Source: an uncultured Bacilli bacterium | GTDB taxonomy: Bacteria; Bacillota_I; Bacilli_A; RFN20; CAG-826 | Assembly (NCBI GenBank): GCA_944363525.1 | Contig: CALVUF010000007.1 | Location: forward strand, 29,402 to 93,401 | Direction of reading: 5' to 3' | DNA length: 64,000 bases | Shown: piece by piece, positions 57,466-64,000 of the stretch | How the letters are laid out: every line of letters begins with the position of its first letter | Numbering within the stretch: the stretch's first letter is position 1 | Program-made: the position numbers and the translations under genes | The notes under the pieces: generated by a model | Told to the model about the DNA's origin: nothing | The model's input: the letters and a program-made list of their open reading frames with translations, nothing else | Databases searched by the model: none

Positions 57466-59994
57466 ATGAAAATGAAACCCCGTCGCACCCCGTTTTACCT
57501 TTTAGCCGGAATTTTGGGCTTGGCCCTTTCCGGCTGCTCGGCTATCCCGACCGAAACCCCAGTCGACTTAGCCCCTGAGATCATCGCCTTGAACGCCTCA
57601 ACCGATGACGAGGGCAAGACCACCTACACCATCACCTTCAAGGACGGGACGACCACCACCTTTACCGTCGAAAACGGCGTTGACGGGGACCCGGGGGCGG
57701 CGGGGAATGGAATCGCCTCGATCGAGAAAACCAAGACCGAGGGGCTCGTCGACACCTACACCATCACCTTCACCGACGGGACCTCGACCACCTTCACCGT
57801 CACCAACGGTTCCTCGGGGACCGTTGCCCCGGCCACCTATTCGCTTAGCTTCGACGTCAATGGGGGAACGATGCCGGCCGATTTCCTCGCCTCCGATTAC
57901 CAGTCGATCGAAAAAGGGACCTCGGTCGAGCTTCCTCTCCCGACCCGGGACGGCGGGGCTTTCCTTGGGTGGTACACCGGCGTTCTCCCCACCGACGGCG
58001 TCTTCTCTTCCTCGACCCCGGTCACCCGGGACCTATCCCTCATCGCCAAATGGGTCAACTTGGCCGACCCGACCTGGGAGAGCACGCTATCGCGTCTGCA
58101 AGAAAGCGCAAAGTCGTTCTTATACACCCCCTCCGCCTCCTATATCGGGGGCGAAGTGGTCGCGGAATATAACGAGGCCATCCTGACCTATGTCGGCCGG
58201 ATCGGCTTTTGCTTCGACCAGGAAGAATTCGACTTGGTGGCCGAGGACCTGGATTGGTATTACGCGATCCCGGCCTCCGATTCGATCAAGTCGATGTTCA
58301 AGTCCAACGCCTCGAGCGCTTATGACCAGTTCAGCGGCTATGAGCAATTGGTCGTTGAATTCCAAGACGAGTACGACGCCTTGTATGGGAAAATCGACGC
58401 CATGGAGACGGTTAAGGACGCGGTGAACCTCGACCATGAATTCTCCATTTTACGGAATAAGGTGGAGGATCGTCTGTTCGTCTTGCGATTGCCGGTCATC
58501 GTCGACAAGGCGCTAGAGAATTTCGAATGGATCTATTCGCAGGAGCTCTCCTTCCTCGAGGAACTGGGGATCGATTCCTATATCGAGGAAATCGAGCGAT
58601 ACAAACAAGCCCTTTATCAGGCGAGCAGCGAAGACGATTATAATGTCCGTTGCGACGATTTGGAGGACTATGCCCGCGACCTCTTCGATGGGGGAAAGGC
58701 CTTCGAGGGGCTAAAGGAAGAAGTCCGTTCGAGGTTGCAATCAGAGCTAGACGGCTTCGATTACCGGTCGGACTTAGCCGATAAATACGAGTATTCCCAT
58801 TTATTCGACCGAGTCAACAAGTATCTCGAGTTGGTCGGCAACGCCAATGATATCAATGACGTCTACGACAGCTTCGTGAACTTCCATAGCAGTTTGGAAG
58901 AGCTCGTGAACACGCAAGAGCAATATCTTGCCGGCGAGAAAGAACAAGTTATCGCCTTGGCCTACATCGACGAGAAAATCGCCGAATTGAAAAACCTGGC
59001 TTCCGAGCTTAGCTACGATTTGACGATGAACGACTCCTTTTCCATCTTGAATACTCTCCGCGTCAAAATCGAGGAATCCTATTATCCGGGGGATTTCGAG
59101 GCGAACTACAAGTGGCAAATCGACGACGCCTTCATGTCGGTGAAAGCCGAGATCGAGACGGCGACCGCCGAAGACGCGGAGGCGCTTCTAGCGGAGAAGA
59201 AGACCGAGGCCTTGAATGAGGTCGACGCCTCGTTCGCCGCGCTTCAAGCCTATGCCGAGGAGAAGGAATACGCCGAGTTCAACGATTTGTACGGCTACTT
59301 GATCGACGATTTCCGCTCTTCGATCGAGAATGCTCCCGGTTTATACGATTTGTATAACAACCTCTATCTCATTGAGAAACAGATCGCCGAATGTTACCGC
59401 TCGATCGACTTCGAGACCGCGCCTAGGCTAACTGTCGTCGCGGTCGATCCGGTCATGGAGCCGTTTCCGATCACTTCCTTTTCGTTTTTCGAAGTAAGGG
59501 AAGGGGAATATTTCAACATAACCGACCGTTTTGGATCAGGCACCTTAGAATTCGCCGGTTATTACGCCGATCCGGAATTCACAAAGCTATTGTCCGATGA
59601 GCCGGAAATCAAAGCCGATTTCTCGATCTATGCGCCGGGAGAGACCCTCTACGCCAAATTCGTGATCGTCGACTACTATCAAGCGGCCGGCCAATTCACC
59701 ACTTGGTATTTTGACATCTTCCAAGTGTTTTTGACCGATGTGTCCGTCGACGATTTCAAAGCTCGGGCGGAGGGAGTCGTCGACGAGGCCAGTTACAATG
59801 AATACATCGCTTATTGCGAGGAGTTCGTCGCGCCGCGGTTCGTCGAGTGGGCCCGCCAGACGCTAGCCCAATACGAAAGCGACCCGGATAAAGCCGAATT
59901 GGTGGCTCAGGCCGAAGCGATGCTTGAGACCTGCGATGATTTCGACGACATAAAAGCGGTCAACGAAATCATCAATCAGATCGTCGATATGTGA
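57466..59994 (+). CDS. Large acidic surface lipoprotein with Listeria-Bacteroides (InlB B/Flg_new-like) repeat
   Basis: Lipobox LSGC; TYTITF.DG.TTTFTV.NG x2 around a short Gly-X-Y linker; FDVNGG...LP.PTR.G..FLGWY...LIAKW. Confidence 0.8.
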   Translation: MKMKPRRTPFYLLAGILGLALSGCSAIPTETPVDLAPEIIALNASTDDEGKTTYTITFKDGTTTTFTVENGVDGDPGAAGNGIASIEKTKTEGLVDTYTITFTDGTSTTFTVTNGSSGTVAPATYSLSFDVNGGTMPADFLASDYQSIEKGTSVELPLPTRDGGAFLGWYTGVLPTDGVFSSSTPVTRDLSLIAKWVNLADPTWESTLSRLQESAKSFLYTPSASYIGGEVVAEYNEAILTYVGRIGFCFDQEEFDLVAEDLDWYYAIPASDSIKSMFKSNASSAYDQFSGYEQLVVEFQDEYDALYGKIDAMETVKDAVNLDHEFSILRNKVEDRLFVLRLPVIVDKALENFEWIYSQELSFLEELGIDSYIEEIERYKQALYQASSEDDYNVRCDDLEDYARDLFDGGKAFEGLKEEVRSRLQSELDGFDYRSDLADKYEYSHLFDRVNKYLELVGNANDINDVYDSFVNFHSSLEELVNTQEQYLAGEKEQVIALAYIDEKIAELKNLASELSYDLTMNDSFSILNTLRVKIEESYYPGDFEANYKWQIDDAFMSVKAEIETATAEDAEALLAEKKTEALNEVDASFAALQAYAEEKEYAEFNDLYGYLIDDFRSSIENAPGLYDLYNNLYLIEKQIAECYRSIDFETAPRLTVVAVDPVMEPFPITSFSFFEVREGEYFNITDRFGSGTLEFAGYYADPEFTKLLSDEPEIKADFSIYAPGETLYAKFVIVDYYQAAGQFTTWYFDIFQVFLTDVSVDDFKARAEGVVDEASYNEYIAYCEEFVAPRFVEWARQTLAQYESDPDKAELVAQAEAMLETCDDFDDIKAVNEIINQIVDM

Positions 59995-60004
59995 GGCGGA
60001 GAAT

Positions 60005-63000
60005 ATGCGCAAGAAACCGTTTTTCCTGGGCTTAAGCCTCCTCGGCTTGGCCCTTGGGTCCTGCCACCCCGCCCTCCCGTCCTCTTCCTCCTCTTCCCCC
60101 GGCTCCTCGAGCGAGACCTCGAAGGTCGAGACCTCCTCATCGGACAGCGAGCCGGTGAGCGTCGTCTCTAACGAATTGATCTCGGAAAGCGACGGGGTCC
60201 GGACGTATAAAATCGTCTTCTCCGACGGGACCGAGACCATCTACTCGGTCAAAGACGGGGCCGACGGGGCCAAAGGCCCGGACGGGACCTATATCGTCGA
60301 GGTCAAGAAGACCGGGAGCGAAGGCAACGTCGACACCTACACCATCTATTTGACCAACGGGACCACCTTCACCTTCACCGTGACCAATGGGGCCGTTTTC
60401 CCTGTCGATAAGGCGACCGTGAGTTTCGACGCCAACGGGGGAAAGGCGGCGATCGATTCCCTTGTTGTCGAGAAAGGGGACGCGATCGAGCTTCCTCTCC
60501 CTTCGCGCCAGGGCTATTCCTTCCTCGGCTGGTATGATGATGCCCGCGCCAGCGCGAATGTCTATACCAACGCCGCCCCGATCATAAGCGATTTGACTTT
60601 GGTGGCCCGCTGGGAACCGAATTACGAGGATTGGGATTTCGATCAAGCCCACTTCTTCGCCGAGTTGCAACACTCTTTCTCCGCCTATTACATAAGCCAG
60701 GGACAGATCGTGGAAAACTCTGCTCGGTTCGCTTCTTTCCTCGACAAAATGGAGTTCGCCTCCAATAACCTCGAATGCCAGGCGATCGCCGATGAATTCC
60801 ATGCTTGGCTGGAGGCTTTGCCCTCAGATGAAGAGGAGAAGGCGAGCGCCTTGGCTTTCTTTGCCTCTTTCTTTTCCAAGATAGAGGAAAATAGCGAGCT
60901 TACCGCCATTTACGCGGAAAGGATCGACGTTTTGGTGTCGAACATAAATGAGGCGACGACGATCGGGGAATTGAAGGCGGCTTGCGAGGCGTTGGGAGCC
61001 GCGAGCCGTGCTATCGACAATCTTATCGATGCCAATTTGACCTTCGATGCGGGGCGCGCGTTCTACGATGCCCTCAAGGAGGCTTTCGCCTCTTTGCTTA
61101 ACACCTGCGCCGACTTGCCGCTTCAATTCCATCTGAGCGAGACTTTCTCTGCCATCGAACGCGTCTTGGATTCTGGTGATTTCGAAGCCGGCCGGGTCAT
61201 CGATAGCCTTCATAACGAATTCGAGCGAAGCGTCTATTCGCTTGCCGACTTCGCCCAGAAGTTGGGCAATTACCTTTGCGATTTCTTGCAACGCTATGCG
61301 ATCGCGGAAGTCCCGGAGACCGAGGAGATCATAATGCCCTTCCTCGAGCAGTACCGGGACGTCTATTGTAATACTTTGGAGCAGCTGCAAGCCCATATCA
61401 ATGGATTGACCGAGGAATTCCCCTCGGTTTTGGCCGAGGTCGAGCAAGCGGTGGGGGATTATCGCGATTCGCAAAAGACGGTGACGATTTGCTCGAGCTA
61501 TCCCTTCGCCCCCTCCTACGGGAATTCCATCGATTTGACCCTCGGTCCCGATGAAACGGCCGATGTCTTCAAATTTGCCCAGGAATTCCCCGGCTATCAG
61601 GCGCGCGGCCTATATCTCGATCCCGAACTTACCCAGGCGTATAAGGAAGGCGAGATGACGATCGACCAAACCGCTCCCTCTATTTTATACGTCGGCTACG
61701 ATTTGGTTTCCGAAGACGAGGCCTATTCCTCCGTCAAGAATTTCGGCTATGACTATTTCCCGTCGCTCGCTGATAATGGGCTTATCGAACCGACGGTCGA
61801 TAGCTATTACGGGCAAGGCGTTTCGGCGGCTTGCGACGGATTGTTCCAAGCAGCGATGGAAAACGTCTCGATCCTCGAATCCTCTTTCAATGAATACTAC
61901 GACGTTTTCCTTGAGGAGTCGCTCAATCGCCCATACATCGACGCTAGCGCCAAACTAGCCGAATTCCAAGGCTACATCGAAGAGCTTCGCCTCTATTACG
62001 ATTCCGCTTCCTCGGATCTCGATTCCTTCAAGCAGCTTTACGCCTCCTTGATGCTTACTATCAACGAGCTTGAAGCCCTTTTCCGCTCGGAAGGCGATTC
62101 CTCCATCCAAAAAGAGGAGCTCATTCGCAATTTCGAGGAGCAATGGGAGCATGCCGTGCGCGATAACGGCTGCGACTTAAGCGGCCATTTCCAGTCGCTT
62201 CATGACCTTTTGCTGCTTTGCTACCAAAAGGCGCCCGACGAATGGACGATCGGCGAGCTTGAGATGATCGCGAAAGACTTGCTCGAGAAAATCACCTACA
62301 ACGCCATCAGCTACCGCAACGCCTTTGATTCCTTCATTTATACGGTCAGCGACGTGATGAACAATCTCTATCCCGAAGGCTACCTCGACCCCTCCTGGTC
62401 GACGGCTTTGCTCGAGTCCTTGGAAGGGAAAAAGGAATCGGGGACGTTTACCCCGGAGGAAATGCTCTCGGCGTTTTTCGAGGCCTCGGAATCCTTGCTC
62501 GTCTATTACGAGGAGGAAGTCCTGCCTTGCTTCGCCGGATTCGTGATCGGGGTGTCGAGGGTGTTCCCCAGCAAAGTGATTTCGCTTTTGTCGGGGATGT
62601 CAATGGCCATCCGGTTGCCGGCTGAAGGCGATTTGGCGGACTTTCCGGAATACGCGATCCCGGGATTCAAGATCTCGGGCATCTACGCCGATCCGTTGCT
62701 TAGCGAGCAAATAAGCGACGACTCGACTTACGAGCTTGGCTATTTCCCCGGCTCGGCGATCTATCTTTCCTATGAGCTGGTCGATTACGAAGCGGCCGTC
62801 CCCTATCTAAGGGAATTCGTCGTCTCGACGTTCGCCAGCGATATTTTCGATGGTGTCGTCGCCCCGGAAGAGGTCGACGAGATGGTGGCAATCATCGATG
62901 CGATCGACTCGCAGGAGGATTGTTTGGCCGCCCTCGAATCCCTCGATTCCTTCCTCGTCTCGGTAATCGGGCGGATGCTCGTGTTCCAATATCGGGGCTA

Positions 63001-63157
63001 TGTCAAGGAAGCCGGCTACGATTTCGGCTACTCGGTCGACGAGGATGAGCTCGAAGGCTATCTAAGCCGGGTCGAAGAAAGCACGACGGTCGAGGAGATA
63101 TACCAGGCGATGATGGACTTCTTTTCATGGATTTACGGCATTTACCCGGGCATGTGA
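60005..63157 (+). CDS. Large acidic surface lipoprotein, paralog of the upstream gene
   Basis: Lipobox LGSC; Ser-rich linker; same TY.I...G repeats and DGADGAKGPDG linker; FDANGG...FLGWY...LVARW; further degenerate B-repeats. Confidence 0.8.
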   Translation: MRKKPFFLGLSLLGLALGSCHPALPSSSSSSPGSSSETSKVETSSSDSEPVSVVSNELISESDGVRTYKIVFSDGTETIYSVKDGADGAKGPDGTYIVEVKKTGSEGNVDTYTIYLTNGTTFTFTVTNGAVFPVDKATVSFDANGGKAAIDSLVVEKGDAIELPLPSRQGYSFLGWYDDARASANVYTNAAPIISDLTLVARWEPNYEDWDFDQAHFFAELQHSFSAYYISQGQIVENSARFASFLDKMEFASNNLECQAIADEFHAWLEALPSDEEEKASALAFFASFFSKIEENSELTAIYAERIDVLVSNINEATTIGELKAACEALGAASRAIDNLIDANLTFDAGRAFYDALKEAFASLLNTCADLPLQFHLSETFSAIERVLDSGDFEAGRVIDSLHNEFERSVYSLADFAQKLGNYLCDFLQRYAIAEVPETEEIIMPFLEQYRDVYCNTLEQLQAHINGLTEEFPSVLAEVEQAVGDYRDSQKTVTICSSYPFAPSYGNSIDLTLGPDETADVFKFAQEFPGYQARGLYLDPELTQAYKEGEMTIDQTAPSILYVGYDLVSEDEAYSSVKNFGYDYFPSLADNGLIEPTVDSYYGQGVSAACDGLFQAAMENVSILESSFNEYYDVFLEESLNRPYIDASAKLAEFQGYIEELRLYYDSASSDLDSFKQLYASLMLTINELEALFRSEGDSSIQKEELIRNFEEQWEHAVRDNGCDLSGHFQSLHDLLLLCYQKAPDEWTIGELEMIAKDLLEKITYNAISYRNAFDSFIYTVSDVMNNLYPEGYLDPSWSTALLESLEGKKESGTFTPEEMLSAFFEASESLLVYYEEEVLPCFAGFVIGVSRVFPSKVISLLSGMSMAIRLPAEGDLADFPEYAIPGFKISGIYADPLLSEQISDDSTYELGYFPGSAIYLSYELVDYEAAVPYLREFVVSTFASDIFDGVVAPEEVDEMVAIIDAIDSQEDCLAALESLDSFLVSVIGRMLVFQYRGYVKEAGYDFGYSVDEDELEGYLSRVEESTTVEEIYQAMMDFFSWIYGIYPGM

Positions 63158-63258
63158 GCGATACCCAGCCGCTTCCCCTTGCCCCCGACAAAGACGAATT
63201 CCCTCTTTAGGGAGAAAGGTTGCGGTGCTATATTTACGCACGGAAATAGGAGTTTCTT

Positions 63259-63966
63259 ATGGGAAGACATTTTGAAGTCAGGGCCGCGGCCATGGCGGCG
63301 ACCGCCAAAGCTAAGTCGGCCATCTACATGCGGGCCTCGAAGGAGATCTACGCCGCCGCCAAATCCGGCGAGCCCGATCCGAACTCGAACTTAGCGCTTC
63401 GAAGCGCCATCGAAAAATACCGGAAGCTGTGCCCGAAAGACGTTATCGACCGGGCGATCGAGAAAGCCAAAGGTGGCGATACGGTCGCTTACATCCCTGG
63501 CCGTTACGAATTCATGGGGCCGGGCGGCAGCAATATTATCGTCGATACCCTTACCGACAATGTCAACCGGGCCTTAGTTACCGTTCGGACCATCTGCACC
63601 CGTAAGGGAGCGAAGATGGCCTCGGTCGCCTATAACTTCGAGCATCTCGGCGTCTTGAACTTCAAAGGCGTTGAGGAAAGCGCGGTCGAGGAATGCTTAG
63701 TGCTCGGCGACGTCGATGTCCGTTCGGTCACCGTCGATGACGCCGGCGAGATCGAAGCCCGTGTCGCCACTTCCGACTTGGAGAAAGCCAAGGAATTGCT
63801 CAAAGACCTCGGGGTCACCGATTACGATCGGGCCGAGACTACGATGTATCCGAACGAATGGATCGAGGTCGATGATGAAGCCAAGGCCAAGCTCAAAGCC
63901 ATGCTCGAGGAGCTCGACGAGGCCGAGGACGTTCAAGCCGTCTATACCAACGTCGACAACATCTAA
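63259..63966 (+). CDS. YebC/PmpR family protein
   Basis: GEPDPNSNLALR, YEFMGPGG, TLTDNVNR and EDVQAVYTN motifs. Confidence 0.93.
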   Translation: MGRHFEVRAAAMAATAKAKSAIYMRASKEIYAAAKSGEPDPNSNLALRSAIEKYRKLCPKDVIDRAIEKAKGGDTVAYIPGRYEFMGPGGSNIIVDTLTDNVNRALVTVRTICTRKGAKMASVAYNFEHLGVLNFKGVEESAVEECLVLGDVDVRSVTVDDAGEIEARVATSDLEKAKELLKDLGVTDYDRAETTMYPNEWIEVDDEAKAKLKAMLEELDEAEDVQAVYTNVDNI

Positions 63967-64000
63967 TCGTCTTTTGCATCAATCAGGGTCAGCGGGGCTG

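Noticed and set aside
57466-63157. Diversity-generating retroelement acting on the surface lipoproteins or proteases
   Set aside because: No reverse transcriptase, and no template/variable repeat pair differing only at adenines was seen
1-64000. Alternative genetic code (TGA=Trp) for the host
   Set aside because: Many full-length genes end at TGA (e.g. 5532, 30736, 44020) and conserved Trp residues use TGG

Overview
64-kb window from a low-GC Gram-positive (Bacillota)-type bacterium using standard code 11; no rRNA, tRNA, CRISPR array, integrase or transposase was recognised. (1) 1-30.7 kb is a mosaic, mixed-orientation surface-polysaccharide locus: several glycosyltransferases, Wzy, Wzx, FnlABC, Ugd, a priming transferase and two LicD proteins. 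It includes an ABC importer whose permease is fused to a winged-HTH and a LicC/PntC-type cytidylyltransferase, and it is interrupted by a 1929-aa DUF4011-helicase-Vsr (Hhe-like) gene. (2) 30.8-37.1 kb is an integrase-free island of stand-alone ATPase/nuclease genes whose intergenic DNA holds several different short-repeat arrays; one gene is bracketed by an 81-bp direct repeat built from such an array. Related arrays and a shared ~26-bp core motif recur at 48.4, 49.6 and 55.9 kb. (3) 37-64 kb holds three tandem M6-like metalloprotease lipoproteins, smpB, a degenerate FolC, a GH13 glucosidase, a HipA-like pseudogene, housekeeping genes (NUDIX, dCMP deaminase, ecfAAT-truA, PHP, YebC) and two large acidic surface lipoproteins. 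Many genes look leaderless (-10 box 6 nt before ATG). The best novelty candidates are the importer-cytidylyltransferase-LicD module and the repeat-array/core-motif cassette architecture. All family assignments come from motif recognition by eye, not database searches.
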